Shown here: positions 52,804 to 64,000 of the stretch, one piece after another
Position numbering within the stretch: position 1 is the first letter of the stretch
Layout: the number at the start of each line of letters is the position of its first letter
NCBI RefSeq assembly: GCF_001194135.2
Contig: NC_068989.1
Location: 9,206,764-9,270,763, forward strand
Length of the DNA stretch: 64,000 nucleotides
DNA from: Octopus bimaculoides
Taxonomy: Eukaryota
Direction: 5' to 3'
Position numbers and translations under genes: made by a program
The notes under the pieces: model-generated
Database searches by the model: none
What the model was told of the DNA's origin: nothing
Seen by the model: the letters and a program-made list of their open reading frames with translations, nothing else

Positions 52804-52981
52804 TATTCCATTTGCATTTGAAGGGTATAAATACATTTAATTTGTTGCATTTGTAATTCCATTTTCATTGTTAATAAATTGAAGCAAAAACAAAAACTTC
52901 TGAAATTTTCTGAAAGAGAAACGGCTAATGTTTTCAAATACAAACAAAATATATTTATATACTTCAAATGTAGATGAAATA
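52804..52981. mobile_element. TA-flanked MITE (Tc1/mariner-like) with 30-bp TIRs in a (TACA)n tract
   Basis: 52804-52833 versus reverse complement of 52952-52981: 25/30 identical. Confidence 0.65.
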
Positions 52982-52983
52982 CA

Positions 52984-53015
<32 letters not shown>

Positions 53016-53806
53016 NNNNNNNNNNNNNNNNNNNNNNNNNNNNNNNNNNNNATATATATATATTGCAACAACAACAATAATAATAATAATAATAATGATA
53101 ATAATAATAATTATAAAAGGTACTGTAGTGATAAATTACATAACAGTAATCATCTCTTTTTTATTTAGGCAAAAAATTTTTGAATTTTTTCTCTTCTAAA
53201 AATACAATTTTACTGTTTCAGAATCTCTGTTGTTTAAAACAAAATTTCAAAGACCAACAGAAAAAGGTATAACAAAATGTTTGAGTGAGGTTAAAAATTC
53301 CATACTAAAGTATGAGACTATGACCACAGTAAATGGCTAAAACTGGTAAATTAAGAAGAGAATACGTGTATATCATGCCTAATTTTGTAATATTTGTTTA
53401 TCATTTATTTATGTCTCATGAATAGTATCAAATATGTAAATGGTGTATTTCTAAATGATTAATGTCTTCAATTTTATTCCATAGTTTTTGTCAATTGCCT
53501 TTCAAATAAATTCAATGTGTGTGTATGATAGATTATGCTTTCAGTTTTGTTCCACAGGTATAACACTACATATGTAGATGGTAGCAGAAAAATATTATAA
53601 ATTATAAATTAATTGGGGCTGCAACATAAATCTATAGTGTAAAAGTTAAGATAGAAAGGAGCTTATTTCTGATTCATAATATAGATATGCATGATCTTTG
53701 TAGAAAACCTTCCATAACATAACGTTCTGTTTCAAGAACTGTATGTCTCTTCAGGTAGTGTAAAATTACAAAATCCCTTTGTGACCATCAGTAACATTGT
53801 AGTAAA

Positions 53807-54120
53807 TACTGTGTTGAGTCAGAAGTTTTTGAAGTGTTTTTGTTACTTATTTTTGTTATTTATTTGCTTTATTTGTCAAGTTACAACAAAAGCAGCCTCA
53901 CATTCAGTGTAGAGGCCATTGTGTGGCACGGTCTGAAGCCACTTTTCTGCCAGTTCTTTGATCCCAAACTGATACCAACTCTTGTCCTTCTAGATGAAGA
54001 GCTGCTGCTCTAAAGCTTCTACCTCCTTTCTTATGAAGAAGTGTCATAAGTGCAGGAAGTGGGCCATGGATCGGAAGAAATGATAACCATTGGGAGATAT
54101 TTTTCTGCAGCTATAATGTA
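53807..54120 (-). pseudogene. mariner transposase 3' end with TIR
   Basis: Minus strand YSCRKISPNGYHFFRSMAHFL (YSPDLAPSDYHLFRSM motif); ends ...aaaacttctgactcaacacagTA. Confidence 0.8.
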
Positions 54121-54134
54121 CATAAACAGCGCTT

Positions 54135-54711
54135 AAAAAAGGACCAGCTTCTGGAACCTGTCATTAAACACGGGCATTTCAAATAGAAGGTGACATCTGG
54201 TGGAATCATGAAATTATAATTCGCTACAGGTTTATTTCAATTCCATATGGTCAAACCATTAGTAACAACTTGTGCTCCAAACAGCTGGAGCAGTTGTATA
54301 TCATTGTACAGCAAAAATAGCTGGCATTGGTTAACAGAAAGCAAGATTTTCTGCAGCAAGACACCACAAGGCCTCATTACTGCTCTAACAACCTAGAATA
54401 CACTCCAGGAACCCAAGGGAATCAAACCGATGCTACACAGAGCATAGGGTCTGGATCTAGTTCCCTTGGATTATTGCGTGTTCCAGTTCATGGTTCACTT
54501 CATGCATTCACAAAGGAGGTGAAGGCTTTAGTGAGGAATTCATCACGAATGACAAGAACTGGTATCTCTTTGAGATCAAAGAACTGGCAGAAAGATAGCT
54601 TCAGACAGTGCAACACAATGGCCTCTGAATCCTAAACTGCTTTTCTTGTAACTTGACAAATTAAACAAATAAGTCACGAAACTTTTGCAAAACTTTTGAC
54701 TCAGCACAATA
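54135..54711 (+). pseudogene. mariner transposase C-terminal half with TIR
   Basis: IWWNHE, GQTI, LVNRK, QQDTTRPH (HDNARPH) and LDLVPLDY (PDLAPSDY); ends aaaacttttgactcagcacaaTA. Confidence 0.85.
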
Positions 54712-55099
54712 TATAACTGCAAGGAATGAACAAAAATACTGAAAAATAGAGATAATTATACACAACCAGTCTCATCAGGAAAAAACTACTTCAAAGTGCT
54801 CAGCATGGAATTCACTTCCTGTGGGCATACGTCCTTGGCAATAATATCTACTACCCACACCATGTGGTACAGTATACATCATAATTAGTCTTTGTGTGGC
54901 ATATTTTACTAAAAGTGCTCAACAAATATTCATAAAATTTGTGAATTATTTGGGAGTGCCAGACGAGTCTACAATGAAATAATAGAGGAGGATATTTAAT
55001 GTCTGATATATATCAAAAGGGAAAACTATGCAAGGTTTTATTACACACACACATACACCTCCCCACACACATATATGTATGTATATATATGCATGTATT

Positions 55100-55176
<77 letters not shown>

Positions 55177-55188
55177 GCATATATATTT

Positions 55189-55242
<54 letters not shown>

Positions 55243-56479
55243 TGTATATATATATATGCATATATATTTTATATATATATAAATATNNNNNNNNNNNNNN
55301 NNNNNNNNNNNNNNNNNNNNNNNNNNNNNNNNNNNNNNNNNNNNNNNNNNNNNNNNNNNNNNNNNNNNNNNNNNNNNNNNNNNNNNNNNNNNNNNNNNNN
55401 NNNNNNNNNNNNNNNNNNNNNNNNNNNNNNNNNNNNNNNNNNNNNNNNNNNNNNNNNNNNNNNNNNNNNNNNNNNNNNNNNNNNNNNNNNNNNNNNNNNN
55501 NNNNNNNNNNNNNNNNNNNNNNNNNNNNNNNNNNNNNNNNNNNNNNNNNNNNNNNNNNNNNNNNNNNNNNNNNNNNNNNNNNNNNNNNNNNNNNNNNNNN
55601 NNNNNNNNNNNNNNNNNNNNNNNNNNNNNNNNNNNNNNNNNNNNNNNNNNNNNNNNNNNNNNNNNNNNNNNNNNNNNNNNNNNNNNNNNNNNNNNNNNNN
55701 NNNNNNNNNNNNNNNNNNNNNNNNNNNNNNNNNNNNNNNNNNNNNNNNNNNNNNNNNNNNNNNNNNNNNNNNNNNNNNNNTATATATATAATTATAAACA
55801 TTTTAATTATTAATTATTATAAACATTATAATTATTAATTATTAAACACTATAATTATAAACATAATCATGATCAGGGGTCAGCTAATTGCTTCACCACG
55901 CACCGAATTTTAGAAATAGGAGTTAAAATGCCTTTTCTGCTACAATAAAGATCTCCCAGACAATTACACATTTTTTTCATCATCATCATCCAGTGTTTTA
56001 AATCCAGATTTTGTCCCCATTAATGGGTGTGGCTAGATCTACCGCAATGCCATAGCAACCGAGGTAGGCAAGTGCAGCCAACCCCAACTTTTGGGCTGGC
56101 TGACTGGTGCCCATTCTCCTTTGCTATCATGAGGCTTTTTTGGGGCTGGATTTTCTGCAGGGAGCATGCCTTTGCTTACCCCCAACCTCAGTTTCTAGAC
56201 ATGAGTGGTCTTGAGACCAAGGCCTCTATCATGATTTTTAAGAAATATGGTGGAAAACTAGTTCAGGAAGACATGGATGCTACTCCATGAGACCCCTTTC
56301 AGAGTGCCCCTACCTCATATACATACATATATATATATATAATTATTTGCACTTTGGGTACATGTCTATTACTATGCTGGTTAAAGCACATTCAATATCC
56401 GTCAAATGTAAATAATGTACATAATTCCTCATCTCTTAAATATAGAAGTGTATTATTGTATTTTTTCATTTCTTTTTAA

Positions 56480-57590
56480 ATTGAAGTTCTTAAGTTTAAA
56501 TTGATGTAAAAGAATTTAACTGTTTTTAACAGAAACCTCAAGGTTTTAAAGAAGATATGTAATTCCTTTCCAAGAATGTTTGTTATTGCTTGAAGTTCCT
56601 GAGGATCATCTCAATAAAAACTGCTCTAAACAAAGGAAATTTGATGTATAGAGAAGATAATATGTATTGACCAACGATGTCACTGGTCTCTGCTGAGTCT
56701 TTCAATACCATGTTGACATTGGATGATTATTTAGTGTTTTCTTTATCCAGTACGCATTGTTGCAAAATAGAAGAGATTTCATGGCTTGTAATATTATCTC
56801 AATTTCTGTGTATTTCATTGTGGTGATTGATTTGGCGAAGTTCAGAGCTGCAAAATAGTCCTTAGTGCTAAAATGGAAGAAGTGACATTAATTTTTGTTT
56901 AGGATCTTTTTCAACAATTTGATTATAACAATATGTTTTACTCCAGAGAAATAAAGCCAAGTGTGTTTTTATTCAGGGTATAAATATGTCAATGATTCTC
57001 TTGCTAATGGTACATAGGTCACAGTTAGATGGTTTTATCAGTTTGTGATGTATTAGCATTTGTGTAGTAAGATATCAACTGTTTTAAATTTTCAAGTTAA
57101 TAGCAATATTTTTAGCTGTTCTGTTTATGTTCCTTAAAGAAGCATATTTTGTTATCTTTTGTTTTCTTGTCAGTGCCAGAGATTGAGCTAGAAAAAAAGA
57201 TGATTGAAAGGCTGTTTGCCTTGTTCGATTATACAAACAATTTTGCACAGGTTTTGATGTAGTTTAATATCTGCTTCAGAAACATGCTACAATATGTTCC
57301 TTCACTTGTTGAATCTTATGTTTCTGTACACCATAAATACTTCATCTCTGAATGGTTGAAGAAAATGATTGTGTGGTAGGCTTTGATTGCCATGAGTCCA
57401 TAGTTGTTTGCAAAATTTTCATCATATTTGTTTACTTTATCTTGATAAAATTCTCTTAGTCTCTTGAGGAAAATTCTGTTATTTGGTAAGTTTCTTTGGT
57501 TAATATCTCTAGGTTCATATAGATACATTCTTTGTGAAAATGTGTATAGGGTACAGTTGCATCCTTTCATTTTATCAATCAATATTAGGG
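56480..57590 (-). pseudogene. Second, distinct decayed Penelope-like RT
   Basis: Minus strand INRTAKNIA, KLIKPS...ISKRIID, IILQAMKSLLF...WIKK, NVNM..DSAETSDIVGQYIL (FDVTMGSxDGAEvcELVG) and Y*DD at 56605-56616 (YRDD with CGA>TGA). Confidence 0.78.
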
Positions 57591-58026
57591 AAGCACTCAT
57601 GTCATATACATACATACATACATAAATACATACACACACACGTACATACATAAATACATACATACACATGCACATACATACATACATAATACATAAATAC
57701 ACACATATGTACATACATACACACACACATAAATACATACATACATAAATGCATACACACACCTCCAGTGTCCTGTTTTTGTTCCCAAATTTGACCCTCC
57801 ATAAATCCCAAATTTTATTTTGGTACTTATGAGAGCAACTGTCATCAAAGACTCATATTGTAGTTCAATGCTCGAAATGAGGAGCAGCTAGACAGCAGAC
57901 AACTGATGAAGGGTCATTCTTTATGTTACTTGTCCTGTTTTCCATTTGTTTCTCTCATTGTTTGCGTATTGAACTCATTTGCTTTCGTATTTCATGTTGT
58001 TTACTGTTGGTGATGTCCTGTAAAGA

Positions 58027-58094
<68 letters not shown>

Positions 58095-58839
58095 GTGTGT
58101 GTGTATGTGTGTGTTGACTTTCTGTGCAACATTTTATGGTTGTTAGTCAATGTAATGTCACACACCCAACTTCTGTTCCCATTCAGTGGTACCCCACACA
58201 GTGTTCAATATTTGGTGCAAGACTTGCTCTCTTTCCTATCTATTTCTCTGTCCTTCTCCTCTCCCCTTTTGTGCACAAAACCTTCCCCATCTATTTCTAG
58301 CTGCCTCTCTACCTATCTGCTGCCTTCCATTTCTTCCTCTGTCCACCTCTGTCAACTACCTACTGTCTATCTTTATTCCCTTTTTCTCTCCATCCTCCCT
58401 CTTTCTTCCTACTTGCTCTTCCCCAACCCTCTCTACTCCACTCTGTCTCGCTTTCGTCACCTTTTGGCACCAAAAGACCATCCAATTTTTTATCACTCAT
58501 CTTTTTTATACTTGACCAGTACATAGATAAGACATGTATTTTGTTTCATGTCCTGCCTAACATTCACTTCAGTTTACCTTTTCACTTTTCATTCCTTCTA
58601 TCTCATTTCCCTTCTATCCCATCTTTCTATCCTTCTCCTGAGCCTTCTCATTGTACCTTTGAAACACAAGCACCACTATTTTCTTCCTTTTTTGTTAGTT
58701 TCCATCATGTACTGTCCCACATTTTGAAATACTTGCAATTTATATTTTTACTGCTTATGTTTGCTCCGCTTGATATATTTACAAAATTAAACATTTTAAT
58801 ATGCAAAATATACTTCACATTATTACATATACTACAAGC

Positions 58840-59344
58840 TAATGCAAAAAATATTGTGTTTATTGATTATCTTCAAAATGATCACACCATCAATGGAAAG
58901 TTCAATGCTAACTTGCTAAGGCAGTTATGAAAGGCTACCAAAACCAAACACCCAGAAAAACTGATGAATGGAGACTTGTTCCATTAGGACAATGCTTCAA
59001 CACACAAAGTTTTTGGTTTCAATGGCTGCTGCACATGATTGGCTTTGAACTGGTTGATTGCCCTTCCTATGTTAGTGATTTGGTTCCATCTGGTTATCAT
59101 GTGTTTCCTAACATAGAAAAACACTCAGCTGGGCACTAGCATTACTGTGATGATGACGTCTTATCTGCTGTTGATGACCATTTTGACCAACAGAATAGCT
59201 TCTTCACCAGTGCAATCCAAGCACTGCAATTACTTATGGAAATGTGTCAACAGTAAGAAGAACAACATTAAAAAATGAACTTCATTTGGTCACATTCCAT
59301 GAGAGTGTCTTGTTCAGCCTATGAACATTTCAGCCGACCCTCAT
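58840..59344 (+). pseudogene. mariner transposase C-terminal half with right TIR (different subfamily)
   Basis: IVFIDYLQNDHTING...LFH*DNASTH...GFELVDCPSYVSDLVPSGYHVFP; ends cagcctatgaacatttcagccgaccctcata. Confidence 0.88.
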
Positions 59345-59404
59345 AATAATAAAAATTATTATTATACCTGCATTTGTTTTAATGTCAACACTGAAAAAAT
59401 CACC

Positions 59405-59700
59405 AGGCTCACACACATGAAGTAGTGAATTCAATTCCCAGACCGGGCTGTGTGTTGTGTTCTTGAGCAAGACACTTTATTTCCCGTTGCTCCAGTTCAC
59501 TCAGCGGTAGAAATGAGTTGTGGCATTACTGGCGCCAAGCTGTATCAGCCTTTCCCTTTCTGTTGGATAAAATCGGTGGCTGGAAGAGGGGAGGCTGGTA
59601 TGCATGGGCAACACCTGGTCTTCCATAAACAACCTTGCCTGGACTTGTGCCTCAGGGGGGAACTTTCCAGATGCAATCATTCATGATCGAAGGGGTCTCT
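59405..59700 (+). mobile_element. tRNA-derived SINE family D
   Basis: B-box-like gaattcaattccc; conserved central ttgagcaagacacttt...ttgctccagttcactcagc; 3' ccttgcctggacttgtgcc. Confidence 0.75.
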
Positions 59701-60214
59701 CTATATATACAGGACAAATATCCACATAGTTTCTATCAACCAGATTCACTCACATGACATTGATCAGCCTGAGGTTATAAGAGAAGAAACTTGCCCAAGG
59801 TACCATGCAGTGGAACTGATACTGAACCACACAGTCATGCTTGCACCTATATCCATATCACGCGTGTGCGTGTGTGTGTCATCTTGTTTGTGTTTCTCTC
59901 CATCTCACCACTTGACAACCGGTGTTGGTTTGTTTACAACTGTGAAACTCTGTAGTAAGGCAAAAAGGAGACCAATAGAATGAGTTCTTGGCTTACAAAA
60001 ATAAAAGGTTGATTCATTTTACTACAAACCTTTTAAGGTGGTGCTCCAGCATGACCATAGTCGAATAACTGAAAGTAGTTACAGTAGAACACACACACAC
60101 ACACACACATCAAAATATATATGTATTCATATGTGTAAATATATATATAATATATACACACACACACACACACACATATGTATATATATATGTTTGAATT
60201 CATATATATATGTA

Positions 60215-60263
<49 letters not shown>

Positions 60264-61187
60264 NNNNNNNNNNNNNNNNNNNNNNNNNNNNNNNNNNNNN
60301 NNNNNNNNNNNNNNNNNNNNNNNNNNNNNNNNNNNNNNNNNNNNNNNNNNNNNNNNNNNNNNNNNNNNNNNNNNNNNNNNNNNNNNNNNNNNNNNNNNNN
60401 NNNNNNNNNNNNNNNNNNNNNNNNNNNNNNNNNNNNNNNNNNNNNNNNNNNNNNNNNNNNNNNNNNNNNNNNNNNNNNNNNNNNNNNNNNNTATATATAT
60501 ATATATATATATATACATACATATATATATATATTCATTTATTTATATAAGACGAATGACTCTGTAATTTTGTATCACACGATATCAGAGCAGCGTTATA
60601 TTGTTACTAATCTGGATATCTGGATGTGGCACTAATAAATTGAAAAGATATGCTAATGTTTTAGCATCATAAATATACAGATATTTATTATTGTCATACA
60701 AGACATTACTTGATGAAAGGGTGAGTGCGTGTGGTGCATCTATTATTCACTCGCAAATACACCAAATAAATTGCAGTTCAAATCTTGTTTAGGGCAAACT
60801 TCATGTTTCTATCCATCTCAGATTGATAGAATAATTGGTGTCATATGGAATTGACCTCTTTTGTCTTCTTGTCTTCAGGTAAAAGTTAAGAACATCTCAA
60901 ATTGTTATTGTGTCTGTATCGTATCAGGATATGCGTGTGAGTGTGTGTGTGTGTTGGTGTGGGTGCGCATGCATGTGTGTGTGAGTGTGTGTCTGTGTGT
61001 TAATCTGTGTGTGCGTGTTTGTGCTTCTCTGTGTGTGTATGTATGTGTGTGTGGTGTGTGTGTATGTATGTGTGTTTTTGTGTATGTTTGTATGTGTGTG
61101 TGCGTGCGTGCATGCGTGCATAGTTATGCTTGTGTGCATTTGTTAGCTCTTTACAAATTGACATTTCTTAATAGGCTATTTATATAT

Positions 61188-61273
<86 letters not shown>

Positions 61274-61575
61274 TCATTTAAAGACCAATATGTATATACA
61301 AATGTAAGTATATACATATATGTGTGTATATATATGTATATATATATATGTATTTATATATATATTTACATATATATTTATATAGATGCATATACATAAA
61401 TATATAAATGTATATATATATACATACATATATGTATACATATATAGATGTATGTATGCAGACAGACAGACACACACACACATGTACACACATAAGCAGA
61501 TAAAGCACTACAGACACATACTCCTATGTTTATTAATATATGTGCACATATGCACACTCAATTTATAGAAATGTA

Positions 61576-61825
61576 TAGATGCAGGTGTGGCTGAGTGGTA
61601 AGAAGCTTGCTTCCTGCCCACATGGTTTCAAGTTCAGTCCCACTGCATAGTACCCTAGGTGAGTGTCTTGTACTATAGCCCTGAGCCAACCAAAGCCTTG
61701 TGACTGGATTTGGTAGATGGAGAATGAAAGAAGCCTGTTGTGTGTGTGTGTGTGTGTTTGTCGACAAAAGTTTTGTGAATGGATTTGATAGACAGAAACA
61801 CAGAAACTGAAAGAAGCTTGTCATA
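61576..61825 (+). mobile_element. SINE family A, older, with internal duplication of the core end
   Basis: Head ggtgtggctgagtggtaag; aagccttgtga...gaaagaagc occurs twice. Confidence 0.75.
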
Positions 61826-63729
61826 TGTGTGTGTGTATGTGTATGTGTGCGTGTGTGTGTGTGTGTACATACATATATATGTATACATAGCAGGGATGTG
61901 CCACCCAAGTAGGCAAGGTTCGCAGTACCTACCTTGAATAAAATAGATCAATAGCAACATTTTCCTTTTATGGCAAAATATGTACCTAATTCAATAAAAT
62001 TATGAAGGTTGCCCTGATTACTATGCATAAAATGCAAAATATTTTAATTTGTTTTGTAGATTCAGTATTCAAGCTACACATAGTACTGCTGTAGTACATG
62101 TCTTGCATACACTCCTACAACACCGTTTTCATTACATGCTATAAAGGCAGAAATAGATCTGCCTTCATCTCAGTCACGCACCTGTATTTCGCTTATTTTT
62201 TTCTGTATTTTACTACATAAAGGTGACCAACTGCCTACCTTGAGTAATTACTGATGGCACATGCCTGATACATAGGTGTATGTATGCATGTGTTTATGTG
62301 TACTTTATCGTGATATGATGACTGTAAATGAGGAACACCCATTATACAAATGATGCTGTTTGCTTCTACTGTTCCAGGAACATCATAAAATGTCACATGG
62401 TGAGATCAAACTCAGGACCTTGTGAATGTGAAGCAAACTTGTTTAACATTTGGCCATACCGTGCTCATTGATAGATTGTAGTAGTATTATAGAAAAATCA
62501 GACTGAACTTAATGCCAAAAGTAAGACAATGGGATATAAATATATGAGCTATTCTAGTAATAAACAATAACTTTAACATAATATATTGGAAGTTAAGTGA
62601 ACTGAACAGCTTAGATACAAAAATAATAAATACATAAATAAAACTCTTCAGAAAGCTTTTGTTGGTATACCACATCCACCATTCAAAAGAGGATATCAAA
62701 AGTACGCATCCATTATGCGCACATAGTGGAAAGGTCTTTTATAAATAAGGAACTACTATAAAGAAACTATAGTGGACATAGATAAATTAATTAGAAAAAA
62801 ACAAATGGGAAATTGGTTGGAGATTTAATTAAGGAAAACAATAAATAAATTTCTTCGTTTCATGTTTAAGGAAATGCTAACTTTATTTAAAAAAATGCAA
62901 AATAGAAGCTGTAGTCATCGTCTTTTTCTTCTTTTCGTTTTATGTTATCTTTTTCCATGTTGGATGAGAGTTCACATTGCAGTGTTCTTCTGCCAGATGC
63001 CCTTTCTACATTTGTACTTGCTTTCAAGTACAGTATTGTATCTCACATCTTTGCCACTTGTACTACTTAGCTACTGGATGATTGACTAAGTGGGACATCA
63101 AATGCATTGTCATTGCAGCCGAGCATTTTTAATGTTAAGACACAAGAAGATACACAGACGAACATGTATGAATGAGCATACACACAAACATGTGTGTGTT
63201 TGTGTGTATGTATGTAGTTGTATATATGTCTGTCTGTATGTATGTATGTACGTATGTAAAACTCTGTATAGGTAACTAATTGCAATTTTGTTCATATTAA
63301 CTTTAATTTACAAATAGGAAGTTGAAGAAATGAATGTTCAGAGATATAGAGATTTTAGTATCCTGATACTATACACTTGCAAGCTATTCACAATTTCCCA
63401 TAACTTACATTTCTGAAATGAACGGGAATGAAAGCACAACCAATAAAGAGATAACCATATACATACATATATATACACATATATATATATCTACTTGTCA
63501 ATGACAGACTAGATAAGTAAAGTGGACTGATACTGTCTGTATAATTTGACTGATTGTATATATATTGTCCTGCTTGTTGCAACAATTCTAGATTATTCTT
63601 GATTTGCTATTTGTATAATTTCACCTGATTATATGTAAATGTACCTGTATTCTCTCTACTCTCCTACTGGTTTCAGCCCGAGGCTGAAACTGTGCCAAAA
63701 CATGCTTAGAAGCATGGCACAGGCTCCGG

Positions 63730-63810
63730 CCTGGCCAGCTCCTGTCAAACCGTCCAACCCATGCCAGCATGGAAGGAGGATGTTAAACGGTGATGCTGAT
63801 GATGATGATA
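63730..63810 (+). mobile_element. RTE-type 3' tail fragment
   Basis: ccgtccaacccatgccagcatggaagg...ttaaacggtgatgctgatgatgatga. Confidence 0.75.
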
Positions 63811-63968
63811 TAGTAAAGATTCGAAGAATGAAGACGTATTGTCAAAAATTCTTTTGCTTACACAGGCATAGCTGTGTGGTAAGAAGCTTGCTTCCCAACC
63901 ACATGTGTGTGTGTGTGTGTGCATATACATACATCTGTATATATGTATGTGTCTATTTATCTATCTCC

Positions 63969-64000
<32 letters not shown>

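Overview
AT-rich, gap-ridden eukaryotic genomic DNA from a draft assembly, with many N-runs bounded by (TA)n/(CA)n. It is dominated by microsatellites and transposable elements. The repeat families resemble those I recall from octopod cephalopods (Octopus-like); this is an inference, not a database match. I cannot support any intact host protein-coding gene, and nearly all listed ORFs are microsatellite, gap or SINE artefacts. Recognisable content: several tRNA-derived SINE families (labelled A-E here for convenience), decayed LINEs (Tx1/L1-like, RTE-like, BovB-like), two different decayed Penelope-like elements (PLEs), three mariner transposase relics, and hAT-, piggyBac-, Tc1/mariner- and HINE-like MITEs. 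The most interesting signal is a tRNA-headed short element (SINE E) whose 3' part contains a minimal hammerhead ribozyme of the PLE type. It occurs as a head-to-head palindromic dimer nested inside a Penelope-like element at 30.9-31.4 kb, with further traces at 39.5 and 56.4 kb. This suggests a candidate PLE-dependent, ribozyme-bearing SINE system.
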